Shown here piece after piece: positions 47,848 through 60,966 of a DNA stretch of 64,000 nucleotides. The notes beneath the pieces are model-generated. The model was not told the DNA's origin. It worked only from the letters and a program-made list of their open reading frames with translations, and made no database searches. The stretch comes from the human T2T-CHM13v2.0 reference genome, Homo sapiens. Within the stretch, counting starts at the first letter, position 1. Every line of letters begins with the position of its first letter. Both the position numbers and the translations under genes were made by a program. The stretch lies in NCBI RefSeq assembly GCF_009914755.1, contig NC_060932.1; one strand, written 5' to 3'.

Positions 47848-48278
47848 CTAAAATTTTAATCTTCCTGAAAGCAAAATGTAGTTTACTGAAAACTGAATTT
47901 GAAATATCTGGCAGCAGTCTCATATATTTGTTGTTGAATTTGATGAAATGATATCACACCACCCATTTTCACATCCTTTAGTTTTATATCCACTACCCCA
48001 ATGCATTCATAAACACATGATTAGAAAAAAGTTCAACCAAATACATTATTTACAACTTTTATTTCCCTGGCCCACCATAAACAAAGTGTAACAAAGGGGC
48101 CAAATTTACTCATTTCTCTATGCCTTCCCTTTAGAGCTGTTCAATCAAACATTCACCAAACATTGAGAATGTTGTGACAAATATAGTGCCAAATGCTAAA
48201 GAAACAAAATCGACATCTTTCCTGATTTTAAGGAGCTCACATTATAGTGGGCTAAATAAGTACTTCAACAAATAATAA

Positions 48279-48553
48279 GGCTGGACATGGTGGCTCATGC
48301 GTATAATCCCAGCAGTTTGGGAGGCCAAGGCGGGTGGATCACTTGAGGCCAGGAGATCAAGACCAGCCTGGCCAACATGGCAAAACCCCGTCTCTACTAA
48401 AGATACAAAAATTATCTGGACATGGTGGTGGGCGCCTGTACTCCCAGCTGAGGCAGAGAATCGCTTTTACCCGAGAGGCAGAGGTTGCAGTGAGCAGAGA
48501 TCATGCCGCTGCACTCCAGGCTCGGTGACAAAGCAAGACTCCATCTCAAAATT

Positions 48554-48588
<35 letters not shown>
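48279..48588 (+). mobile_element. Alu (Sz/J-like) with (AAT)n tail and small internal deletion
   Basis: Alu consensus lacking 'actcgggagg' near 48448. Confidence 0.95.
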
Positions 48589-48590
<2 letters not shown>

Positions 48591-49049
48591 TTTAGTATAA
48601 TAAATGTTTCATTAAAGTAGATAAGATGGAAAGTGACTGGCACTTTGCCTAAATGAGTTCACCAATTTCAGTCATTTGGATACCATCTTCCTGATATTTG
48701 CTCTTTTTGAATATATGAACTATAATTTAACATTCTTTCCATATATTGACCCATCATTTTGTATTTTCTATCATAAAAGAAATATTGTATAACACCTGTG
48801 TGTGAAAACATATCAATTGCCACAAAAAAAGTGACTTTAAAAATAATCTCAGTGCAAGCAGTGTTATAGAGTTCTGGCTAAATGCTGTCACCTGCCCAGG
48901 CTCTGAATTTGAGATCTTCTTCCTCTGGGTTAAAGAAGAGAGTTTAGCAATGCCAGGGAATTTTGAAAGACTCCTGTCACCAGACTGAGGCTTCTGCCTG
49001 ATTTGATCAGAAGTTTGAAAGAAATTGAAAAGGGAATCATTGTCTCACA

Positions 49050-51120
49050 ATGTAATTCACAACTATTTTTGTTTTCAGTTTGTTCTCTCTGTTTTTGTGT
49101 TTCTCTGTTTGAATTTTTCTATCTTCCTGTAGTAACTGAACATTTCCTAAAATCTCATTTTCATTCATCTACACTGTTTTTGAATGTATTTTTTATACAC
49201 AAAATAGTGCAATTTTTAAGTGGTTGATCTGTGTATTACTATATATATATAATATATATTTATATACACACACACATGAATTTATCACAGTCTACTTGTG
49301 TCATCATTTTACATCCTGTGAAATTATACCTTTATTTACCTTTAATTCCCCAATTTATAAAATAATTTCCTTAAATATTTCCTTTGTATACATTTAGAAC
49401 CACAGCAGAGAGTTTTATAATTTTTGCTTCAACCAGCATAATTTAGAAATCATACTTTAGAAAATTCAAGAGGAGAAGAAAAATCTATTGTAGTTACATA
49501 TAGTTTTGCTAACAGTGTTCTTTCTCCCTTCCAAGGTTTCTTCTCTTTTGGCTTGTTTTTGTTTAGATACCATCCTTTAGTCATTCTTCTTCTGCAGGTC
49601 TACTGGTGACAAATTCTCTTATTCTTCTTCGTCTGAGAATGTATTGATTTCCCACTTCATTTCTGAAAGACATATTCAGAATTTCTTAGTACTTGAAGAA
49701 CATTGTGCCATGGCTTTGTCACCTCCATGCTTTCTAATGAGAATTCCGCTCCACTGTCATTCAAATTCTATTTTCCCTATAGGAAAGTTGTCATTTTTCT
49801 CTGACTGCTTTCAAGATTTTCTTGTCTTTAGTTCCCAGAGGTTTAATTACAATGTGTCTAGGCATGGATTTCTCAGAGTTTATTCTATTTGGCGTTTGTT
49901 TCTTGAGTCTATTGGTTTATGTCTTGGCAAATTTGGGAAGTTTCTTTTAGTACTTCTTAAATAATGCCCTCTTTTTCCTTTTTTTCTGAAACTCCAAGGA
50001 TGCCAGTATTATCTTTTGCTATTGTCCCACAGACCCTTGAGACTCCATGTTCATTTTCTTTTCAGTCTATTTTCTATGTATTTATTGTTCAGATTAGGTA
50101 ATGTCTAATGTTCTTTCCTCCAGTTTACTGATTCTTTTCCTCTGTCTCCTATATTCTGTTGCAGAACACATCCACTGATACTTTACAGACAATTCCTGTC
50201 TCGGATTTTTTGATTAAATTGTGCCAAAATGATGCACATTCAATATGCTCCTCCACTTACAAAGGGGCTAGGTTCTGATAAACCATTCCCAAGCTGACTT
50301 ACGATAGGTTTATTGGTATGTGACCCTATCATAAAGTGAGGACATTTGGAATTTATTATATATGTCAATTTTAATATCAATTTTAATATTACTTTGGTTC
50401 TTCTTTATCTAATCAGTTTCTTTGCTGAGGATTTCACTTTCTATCTCAAGCATATTTATCATTGTTCATTGAAACATTTTTATGATAGCTGCTTTAACAT
50501 CTGTCAGATAGTTCTATCATCTGTGTAATCTCTATCTTGGCCTCTATTAGTTGTCTTTTTTCACTTGGTTTCAGATCTTCCTGATTCTCAGTATGCCCCG
50601 TGATTTCGTATTAGAATCTGAAAATGTCTGTATTATAAGACTCTGGATTTCATTTGAAGCGTTGGTTTTACCTGGCATTTTCTGATACCACCCTGGCTGC
50701 AGAAGAGGAGTGGCACATGGTTACTTCCAGGTGGAGATAGAAATCCATTTTCCTCACTCAGCCTCACACATAAGAAGGAGGAGTCCTCATGACTGCTGGT
50801 CGGAGGTGAGGATTCCTGATTCCCATCTGGCCTCCACTGACACCACTATGGTAGTGGCCATGAGGGACCACTAGGTGATAGTGGAAATCTTGACTCTTTA
50901 CTAGGCCTCATGTGACACCACCTCAGTGGCTAAGCAGCAAGATGCCTCATGACTGTGGTGTGCAAGTGGATCCATGTTCCCCAGGAGTTTCCACTGACAA
51001 TCCCTACCCAGCACTCTCTGACCCCACACTGGTGGAGCTGCTGGGTAACTCATTACAGCATCACAAGTGTGGAAGTTTTAATTTCCCACTTGGCCTTTGC
51101 TGATGTGAGTGGAGGAAGTT
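49050..51120 (-). mobile_element. Old L1M (ORF1/5' region with TGACACCAC-type monomers)
   Basis: T-rich antisense L1 text; repeated 'tgacaccac' units at 50680-51000. Confidence 0.65.
50185..50348. mobile_element. Tigger5/MER47-like TcMar element
   Basis: 'atgctcctccacttacaaaggggctaggttctgataaacc' and its inverted counterpart. Confidence 0.6.
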
Positions 51121-51124
51121 TCCA

Positions 51125-51347
51125 GAGGGGTGTTCAATCTTTTGGCTTCCTGGGGCCACACTGGAAGAGGAAGAATTGTCTTGGGCCACTCATAAAATAC
51201 ACTAACACTAACGACAGCTGATGAACTAAATAAAATCACCCCAAAAATCTCATAATGTTTTAAGAAAGTTTACGAATTTGTGTTGGGCCACATTCAAAGC
51301 TATCCTGGGGCACATGAGACCCACAGGCCACAGGCTGGACAAGCTTA
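51125..51347 (+). mobile_element. MER30 (hAT-Charlie)
   Basis: 'ggggtgttcaatcttttggcttcc...ggccacattcaaagc...ggacaagctt'. Confidence 0.9.
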
Positions 51348-51649
51348 CTATATTCTATAGTAAAAGTAATCTTACCTATTTAAGGGGGAAGTACTCATTT
51401 AGAAAAAGATTCATTAAAAGGAAAGTAGGTCGAAATGACATACTACTTTAAAAGATATCATGAATGAGAGTAAATAATATTAAAGAATTTAGACAAACAC
51501 ACTCAAAGCTGATGTGTGAACTAATGGTGCTTGAAATAATTGTAAGTTGGAATGGGGCTGTACTAGGAGGCAGAACTGAGTAACTTACATCATTTCTGTG
51601 GCCAACTGAATCAGAAAAACAAATTGGAGATAATTCTACTTGACCACCT

Positions 51650-52560
51650 GTAGCAATCATAAGCTGTTATGCTGTAAAAACACAATCTCAGTGGCTCAAA
51701 GCAGTGCAGGTTTATTTCTCACTTGCTTATGTTCCGCTGTATATCTATCTGGAAGACTCTCCAAGGGAGATGTCTTTCATAAGGTGGCTCAGCTTTGTAT
51801 CTCCATTTCAACACCAGCTACCACCACATGTCATCAAGCTAAGAGAACGCTATCAATTAATCATTAAATACTCACTTCCCAGGAGTAGTCATATTTACTT
51901 AAATGTCACTGACTAAAAGGAGGTACATGACCTGACTCAAGAGGCATGAAATTGTAATCCCTTTCTGCGGCTAAAAGGAAGAGAACCATACATATTGGTG
52001 AGCATCATCAATATCTACCACACTAACCTTCCTTGCTGGACCATTGTAAAGGGTAAAAATGAATAATGTATTTAATTCCCTCTGCCTAGTTACTGAAACA
52101 GGATTTATTTCAGTATATACAGGTATATGATTAGAGAAGACAAATCATCTTTTGCTCCTGGAGGTGAATCTCAATTAGTCTTCCAATAATGGTAATTAAT
52201 TCTTCTGGCTTCAGTAGTGAAGGACTTCTGCTGTACGTTTCTAGAAAATATTCATTGCCTTTAATGAGGAACTTAGAGACAAGATATATCCTCTTTTCCC
52301 CTTCGTCCTTTCTGACTCGGTTATAGGAAGACATGAAGGTGGAAGTCGCAGGATTCACCTTGTGATTACAGGAGAGGAGCTAGAGGACAAAGTCCACCAT
52401 GCTCAGAGAGGTAGAGTAAAGAGCTGTTAAAAACCTGAATCCTTGGTGGTGGTGTTGAACCGCTGACCCTGTATATTGGCTATGCTGCTACATGAGATCA
52501 CAAATTTTCTTTGATGTTTGAGTCTCTTCTAGCTGAGCCTTCTCTTATTTTGGACAGAGT
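51650..52560. mobile_element. Two old MLT1 (MaLR) LTR fragments
   Basis: 'aatctcagtggctcaaa...gtttatttctcact' and 'aaaaacctgaatccttggtgg' motifs. Confidence 0.55.
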
Positions 52561-53683
52561 TTGGGGAACATCTTGTGAATTATTCTAAATATATAAAAAG
52601 AGTTATTATACAAGCCATTAAATATGTTTGCCTAGTATGAAAAGGTTTTTGAAATGACATCCGGAAGTATATTATTTTCTCAATTTTGCCTCCAATAATA
52701 AAAAGAAAATGGCAGCATAGCCCCATCTCCCCATCTTTAGGGCTGTGATAATTTCCCGTACCAAAGCTAAACAGTTTCATGGAACTAGATGGTTCTTAGT
52801 AAAGGAAAGTCCATGGATGCTTCTGCTTTTATGAACTGTGTGAATCTAGAGAAATTCTGTTACAGAGGCCAGTTGTTGACTGATTAGCAAGTGGTAACAT
52901 CACTGTGTTAAGAAAGGGGTGGATTGTTTTATGAAGATCCCCAAGGCCTGAATCTTTTGGCACCACTAACTGCTGGTGCTCCTCCCTCAAACATTAGCTT
53001 TAGCCTTTGGAAGATTGATACTCCCAGTGGGTGAGCATTGACGTACAGCCAAGATAGTGTGTGAAGTCAGTAATGCACTTTTAAACATTTTGGAATTTAG
53101 CTTCAAAGCTGAAGCCTCAATTAGAGAGATTAAAGGTAACTGAAACATGATTTAAGTCATCCTTCCCTACACTCTTCTAGTATAAGCAGAGCCATTCTCA
53201 TGTCAGGCTCTTTGAAAATCCACTCAGAGAAGCGTTAATCAATTCAGTTATTTATTGGTCATTTATTAGGTAGAATGCTGGGCCTTTTAAACAAAATAAA
53301 GTTAATGAGACTTGGTCCTGGTCTTCAGGGAAGTCACAAACAGCTCATCAAGGAATGTAGAAAATAAGGGCAAATAATACAAGAAGAGAAATGACAAGGG
53401 TTTCAGGAGTGAAGTAAATAAGGAAAGAAGAGGTTTAAAATCTAGGAGTGATGTGCTTGGGGGAATTACAAATGTTTGTGCAGAAAGTGACCTTGAGATG
53501 GGTCATGAAGAAATGAATGGATTTAAACCTAAGAAGCCACAGTCACGGAGAAATTTATCATTGCAACGTAATTTAGAACAAGAGATTTGTGTTTGAACCA
53601 ACATGGATTTGCAAACTTTGCTCTCTAAGAAACGAGTTAATCACATTGAGTCTGTTTCTTCACTTTAAAATGGGTATAATAAT

Positions 53684-54016
53684 CCGGGCACAGTGGCTCA
53701 CGCCCGTAATCCCAGCACTTTGGGAGGCCGAGAAGGATGGATCACGAGGTCAGGAGATCAAGACCAACCTGGCTAACACAGTGAAACCCCGTCTCTACTA
53801 AAAATACAAAAAAAATTAGCCAGGCATGGTGGCGCCCGCCTGTAGTCCCACCTACTCAGGAGGCTGAGGCAGGAGAATGGCGTGAACCCGAGAGGCAGAG
53901 CTTGCAGTGAGCCGAGATCGCGCGACTGCACTCCAGCCTGGGCAAGCTACTGCACTGCAGCCTGGGTGACAGAGCGAGACTGTCTCAAAAATAAATAAAT
54001 AAATAAATAAAAATTA
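53684..54016 (+). mobile_element. AluY with internal 24-bp duplication, inserted in a MIR
   Basis: AluY diagnostics; TSD aaaatgggtat(a/g)ataat at 53667-53683 and 54017-54033. Confidence 0.97.
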
Positions 54017-54620
54017 AAAATGGGTATGATAATACCTTATAAACTTAATTAAAAAGTAAATTCTATGCGTCATGTAAAGGTACTAGTGTCTGACCTACCC
54101 TTTATTTTAAAAATAGTAACTATTACCATTATTTGCATCTAGCTTCTCAGAAAAGGTGACATTGAGATGAACTCTTAAAGAATTACAGCAGATGGAAGTG
54201 TGGGTAAAATATATTATAGATGACTGAACAATAAAACTGAAGACCTTTTGGTTGGGTACACAGAAGAAAAGGGTAAAATGCAAGTGTGACTCTAAGAATG
54301 GGATCTGGGAATACCAAAGTTGCAATCAAGGTGCCATAATGTAGTTTAGTGAGCTGGTTATATCTGCATCATATAACTATATAGCACAGACAATGATAAA
54401 AAAAAAAGTGTCAACCTAAACAATCTAACAGTGAGATACAAGAGAAAAGCTATATAGCTGCTCAGCATCACTAGAGAAACCTTCTTATTTTGATTTAATT
54501 TTCTAAGAATCTCCAATATAGAAGAGAATTCAGAGCTTTATGAATGTAAACATTTGGGTCTGTTTCCAGAGATATTTGTGGACATTATAGTTGTATGTTA
54601 GGTGCTGTGCTGCAAATGTA

Positions 54621-54806
54621 TGACACACATGCTGAGACCTCCTTCACCCACTGACTCTAGCTCCACCCAAGTACACACAGACAGCATGACAACATACTCC
54701 TAGTGGGTTTTGCCTGACACACATGCTGAGACCTCCTTCTTCACCTACCTACTCTAGCTCCTCCCAAGTACACATAGACAGCATTACTACATACTCCTAG
54801 TGGGTT
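54621..54806. repeat. ~94-bp imperfect tandem duplication
   Basis: tgacacacatgctgagacctcc...atactcctagtgggtt at 54621 and 54715. Confidence 0.92.
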
Positions 54807-54989
54807 ACATCTCACTGTAGACTTGAATCTCATTGTAGACTTGTATCTTTCCGTACACAGCATGCTAAGTGACCTGTAGCACTGAGTTGAAGATGAAACT
54901 AGTTGCACATCTGTTTTAGTCTCTTGTTAATTTGTTGGATCTTGAATGTATGGAGAAATGGCAAAATTAAAATTTTTGAGCTGTGGAAC

Positions 54990-55446
54990 TGAAGGCTGGG
55001 CAGAAAGATGTGATAGAAGAAGGCAGGAGGGATGAGGCAGAGAGAGAGCTTAGAGACACCTGAAGCTTAACCTGATTTGCCGTTGCTGACTTTGAAGATG
55101 GTGGTAAGGGGCCATAAGCCAAAGAGTGTGTGTCACCCCTGAAAGAAGAGAATGGTCCCCAGCTGACAATTGTCAAGATCATGGGAACCTCTTAGTTCTA
55201 CAACTACATGTATTCTGCCAACACGGTGAATTAATTTGGAAGTGAACTTATCTACAGAGTTTCCAGAAAGGATCACAGCCCTGCTGATACCTTGAAATCA
55301 GCCTTGTGAGACTCTGAGGAAAGAACCAGCTAACCCATACTATACCCAAATTTTGACCACCAGAAACTGAAATAATAAATTTGCATTCTTTTAAACTTAT
55401 GAGTTTGTGGTTATTTGTTACAGCCGCAAAAGAAAACTAACCTACA
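54990..55446 (+). mobile_element. MLT1D/E (MaLR) LTR
   Basis: 'gttgctgactttgaagatgg', 'acagccctgctgataccttg', ends 'ttgttacagccgcaaaagaaaactaacctaca'. Confidence 0.85.
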
Positions 55447-57883
55447 ATTGAATAATTCCCTAGGAAATTTGTCTTGACAAGTGAGTACCATGAGAAAATA
55501 CCCTATCTCAGTGTCTTCAAACCACAACAAGCAACAGAGTACTCACTGAACACGCAGACAGGCAGAAAGCTTGAGTTTCCTCCAGTACAAAGTAAGGATT
55601 AATATACATGGAAATTAGGTTTCTGAACTCATGGGGCATAGAGGGCCTCTCTGTACCCGAAGCATGATAGCATGTGAATACAGCTGCAATTTCCTGGTCT
55701 AAACTTCCCAGTGTCAGCTCTGAAGGAAGGGAAAGCAGGAATCAATCAAAGGAAATAGAAAATCTAATTAGCAAGATTAATCAAGATAACTCACAGCTGG
55801 TTTTCTGCTCTGTATAGTCATAGATAATAAGGATACAATGCATAAAACTACAGCTATATTCCCACATTCATGAGAATTATTACATAACAGGTGTTTCCCA
55901 GTCAGGGGAAACAAGAGTGTAGAGGGTGGGATGGGGCGAAAAGAGCTAGGAATAATAATTTTGTGGCTTCTTTCTACTGGCTAGATGGCTAGATTGCAAG
56001 AACTCCAGCTGGCTTCCTCTTCTTGCCACTCACCCACAGTTCTAGTACTTTCTGCTTCTGTCATATGACTAAGGAATTGAGACCAATACATTTCACTTTC
56101 ACGTTGATGCTAGCATTAAACAAGTGATATCATGCACATATTGTCTGGCTTATACAATGTGGCTATTCCTCATCCTCCTTCTCTGCCCCTTCCTATCCTC
56201 CTCCCTCATACTCCTCCTTCTTCTTCTTTCCATCACATTTGTTGACCACCTACCACATGCCAGACATGTTGTGGACATTATCTCAATGTTGACAAAAGCA
56301 CCCTATAAGGTAGGTAGCATGACTATCCCATTTTACAGATGAAGGTGCTAAGAATTATACAGGTTAAATAGCTCGCCCGAGGTCTGAACCTGGGAAGTGA
56401 TGCTGGATCTCTAGAAGACTGACTTCAGCCTCCATGTGTTTTATCACACACTATAGGTTTTTCCTGTTACAGGTACCCTGAATCCTCTGTCAAGTGGCAT
56501 CCTACAGCTGTTCTGCTTTTGGCCTAACCCTGGATAACACGCTTAGAAAGTGGCACAACCTTGAGTTGCAGAAAGTGAAAGGTACCTTGAGCCCCTGTTC
56601 AGGTGCTGAATCATAGCCTCCTAACATATGCTTTTGTCTGCACCAGTGTGGGACCCGGATATCTCACTCTTCCCACAAGCAGGTCTTTAGGTTCCCAGAG
56701 GCCCAGGGGTCCACTCCATGTCTGCCTTTTACCCACCATTCTGAACCTGGGGCTCTGCTTGGCATCCCTTATTCTCTCTACCTGGCTTCCTTCTCCTGCC
56801 TCTTCAAAGGGACTGTCTCTGGATGCTGCCTGCAAAAGGACTCCTGGCGCTTGATCCTAAGGCTTACGTCTCTCCTCTGCCGCCTCACTCAGCCTACCTA
56901 GCCCAGCAACTTAGAAACAGAGCTTCTGTCCAATTCTTATTTTCTGGGCTCACAGCTTGTTGAGAAGATGGTGAACAGCCCTTGACCATGCCAACCGTTC
57001 TCAGCACCATACCACAGGCTTTCACTACAGCGGTCCTACTTCTCCATCCTGACTCCTTGGGTGATTTTAATTTACTCTAATTAGATCCTAAACCAAGTAT
57101 CCTTATTTTAAAACTAGCTTAGCTGCTTCTCCACACTTCAGGTGTATCTCTGGAAATACATTCATTGAGTTTTATCGCTATCGACCTCCTAGGGTTCTCT
57201 CCCTCACTCACACTTCCCTCACCCAGAGAAAGCATTTTATTTTCTGCAACCAACTCACATGCCCAGATTGGAGTTTCATTCCACTTGGTCTGCATTTCAG
57301 CACTTCCTTTTTTAACCTAATCTGAGGCTTTAAAGCAACCATTTGTTTAAAAAGCAGCAAATAAATATGGTAAAAAGTTAAAACCAGACAAAGGGGTTTT
57401 AATGAATAGCATACTTCCCACTCCATTTGGCCAAAGAAGCCACTTTGAACTGTTTCTGCTCTCCGTGCTCATACGGGTATTGTGTTTGTGTGTGTACGCA
57501 TATATACACATTCATGTATATTCTTTTATTTTAAATACATGAAGCACATTATACACAATATACAATATTTTGTGTTTTTTTTCTCTGTGTTGGAGCTATT
57601 GTCTTATTAGCATATGCAGAAAGCTCTACCTCATTTTTTAACAGCCATCTAAAGATCATTATTTACCTAGCTGTACCCTAGTTTTTTCAATAGATCCCAT
57701 ATTAATGGATATTTAAGTTGTTTGTTGCTTTTTTGCTATGATATCATTATTTTAGTAAATATATTATATATATATATAATGTGTGTGTATATATATGTAT
57801 ATACATATAATGTCTCCAATCAGTGTTTCAATTTCCTTTCTCTCTATTCCCTTTATATTATACGCTTATGTAATTACATTTAG

Positions 57884-58196
<313 letters not shown>

Positions 58197-58551
58197 TATT
58201 TATTTCTTAACTCATTTATTGATGATCTGCTTTCTCCACTAAACTATAATCTCCTTAAAGGCAGGAACCTCATTTTTCTGTCATTGCTATATTCCTGGAA
58301 ACCCAAATAGTGTCTGGAGTATAGGATATATTAAGTTAGTTTTTTGAATAAATGAATCAATGAAGAAAGACATTCTTATATATTATTTAGAGTATACCCG
58401 TGGGATAAAGTCCTATAAGCGGGGATGTGAATTTAAAACATTTCCTGGTATTGCCACGTGTCCCTTAAGAGAGGCTGTGCCAATGTATAGTTTACCATGA
58501 ATGCTGGAGAAGGCTTGTTTTCAGTCATCTTTTTCAACCCTTATGTGACAC

Positions 58552-58987
58552 TGAGCAGGAGAATAGGGTCTGTGGGCAGGGAACATAAGGCCAATTCATG
58601 CTGACTTACTAGAACTAAATCAAATGGAAACACTTCAGCTATGACAGGAAATATCCTCTCCATTTACACAGGGTGTACACCGAGTAAATGACTTGGTAAC
58701 TTTACTTCATCCTTTTCATTTACATAGGGCATACACCAAGTAACCGATGGAAACCTCTAGAGGGTATTTAGACCCCAGGAAATTCTGTAACCGGGCTTGT
58801 GAGCCCCTACGCTGAGGCCTGCTCCCACCTTATGGAGTGTACTTTCATTTTCAATAAATCTCTGCTTTTGTTGCTTCATTCTTTCCTTGCTTTGTTTGTG
58901 CATTTTGTCCAGTTCTTTGTTCAAGACGCCAAGAACCTGGACACCTTCAACTGGTAACATATTTTGGTGAGCCTTCAACCAGTAACA
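58552..58987 (+). mobile_element. ERV1 LTR, MER61/MER51 family, collapsed provirus
   Basis: TG...CA termini, 'caggagaatagggtctg', AATAAA, PBS start TGGTGAG, second LTR end, 4-bp TSD ACAC. Confidence 0.88.
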
Positions 58988-59289
58988 ACACTTTTTGATC
59001 TTTGCCAATCCTACAGGCAGTTCTGTGCTAAATATTATAGGGTCAGAAACTTTTTCCCACCCACTAACCAAGTCCTTTACCTCTAGCACTTCAAATCCCT
59101 ATTCACAACTTCCCTCGCCTCACAGATGCTCCTTGGCCTCCCCCCCGGGACTATGGTGCTCATCCTGGTGACCCAGTAGCCTGCTAGATGACAGACTCAG
59201 GGCTGGTGGCCACACAGGCCTGGAAGCAGGCTCTGGCCTTTGGGGCAGGGAACCCCAGGGTCCCTCATTCAGAGCGTGATCTAAAAGGT

Positions 59290-59304
59290 TGTGTGTGTGT
59301 GTGT

Positions 59305-59341
<37 letters not shown>

Positions 59342-59347
59342 GTGTGT
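59290..59347. repeat. (TG)n microsatellite
   Basis: Direct reading. Confidence 0.95.
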
Positions 59348-60291
59348 CCCCTGGGTGAGCACATCGCCTGGAGGTAGCCAAAAACAGGGATCCTACTTGC
59401 CCAAGTCTAATTTCAATACTACTAATATTGGAAAGTGTTTTAGGTTCTTTCCTCAAAGCTGAGGTGAACATTTTTCATATATATGTCTTTCTTTTGAAAT
59501 AAATCACTGAGCACCAAGCCTAGTTCCCTCACAGCTCCTAACAAGAAACAAAACAGTAATGTTTACAGACATTGAAAACACTGGAGAGAATGAAGGAAAT
59601 GTCTTCTTTAATATGAACATTACTATACTTTTTAAAGCCAGTAAGTTCAGAAAAAATCCAAATGAATTAGTGTGCTACTACTTTGTAGGTAATTAATATA
59701 TGGGACCTCTTATCCCAAGGGTACAGTTTGATAATACAAAATGCTATATATTCCTCTCAACTGAGGGGCTGTATTCCCAAACATATTGTTGCAAAACAAA
59801 TTGCTGTTAAAAAATTATGTAATTTTAAGATAAAGCAATGATTAGTAAATAGAAACATAATTGCAACTATCAAAGAAAGCCCTTATATATTTCATGTATG
59901 TCAAAATAAAAAGGATACATTTTCAATACATTACCTAATAAAATTGTCAATGACATTTTGCCCATCTTAAATTAGGAATGTTGGACAATATAAAATTTAT
60001 TTTCATGTATTATGCTTTACTTTGAAGAAACTTTTCTATTTCCTTCTCCTACAGTTTTAATGAGATGGTTGTAAATTTGGTACATTTTGTAGGGAAAAAA
60101 AAACATCCAGTACTTCTCAAACTATTCGTGGAAAAGGTCATTTTTATCCACAAATCAATCCTTAACCAATATTTTTGTAAAACAAAAGAACGAATCACTA
60201 GAAATGTAAAATATAAAAGGTACAAAACAACAAAGAAAAAGACATACAAATTATGTCAATATGTTTTATAATCAAAAGAAACAAACTGTTA

Positions 60292-60756
60292 TATATATAT
60301 TTTTTCTTTCTTTTTATAAGAGCACAAATCCACTTTTACTTGTTGACTTTTCACTAGTTTAAATCCTTGAGGGGTACAGTGTCACTTGGATTCTGTGTCC
60401 AATAGCCTAAGCAGGAAGATTGCTTCGGAATATGGCACTAACCATGCCACTGTTTCCATGGGCCTGAGTTACCTTTCCCCAGATTACTCTGGTTTTGTTT
60501 GGTTTGCTGCCAGGAGTCACTGTGTTGTTCTTTGCTTTGTATACATAGTACATCTCTTGCCCAAATAGAATTCTGTTTCATCTCAGGCATAAACACCTTC
60601 AATTTTAAGAAGAGATGTGTGCACCCTTTGGTTCTGGAGACCCCACTTATAGACAGCAAAAATGGCCTTGGACCACAGGCTTCCAGATAATATTTCCTTT
60701 TAGAAGTCCTGTTCCCAGCAGGCCTCCACAGGATCCAAGATGGCAGAAAGAGGAAG
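60292..60756 (-). pseudogene. RPL35A: Processed pseudogene of 60S ribosomal protein L35a
   Basis: Intronless match to RPL35A ([19 protein letters not shown]...[13 protein letters not shown]...SNLPA*AIGHRI...LYPSRI*). Has a 5' TOP-like start cttcctcttt, an A tail, lost ATG, internal stops and a frameshift, and a degenerate TSD (acaaactgtta / acgagctatta). Confidence 0.95.
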
Positions 60757-60832
60757 ACGAGCTATTAATTTTCTTAAAGCTTATTCTCAATGTCTATTCT
60801 CCTCCAGCAGACAGATAACAAACCTTTAGAAA

Positions 60833-60966
60833 TCAGTTCTGATCTACAGAGCATAGGCATCTTCCAGAGCTTGATTCCTTGTCCATATATTCCATTCCTT
60901 TTAGACTTTCTATAAAGTTTCGACTGTCACTTTTGGGACCCTGTTTAAATTCTTTCTTTATTCGTC
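60833..60966 (-). CDS. Candidate terminal coding exon of an unidentified gene extending beyond the window
   Basis: Acceptor ttactttgattttctAG|G; open frame RIKKEFKQGPKSDSRNFIESLKGMEYMDKESSSGRCLCSVDQN*; followed by AU-rich UTR-like DNA with AATAAA (minus strand) at 59996-60001. Confidence 0.45.

Noticed and set aside
54621-54845. CRISPR-like repeat-spacer array
   Set aside because: Only two adjacent copies, no unique spacers, eukaryotic context.
58660-58745. MER61-type p53 site
   Set aside because: The repeats read gggtgtacac / gggcatacac and lack the CWWG core.
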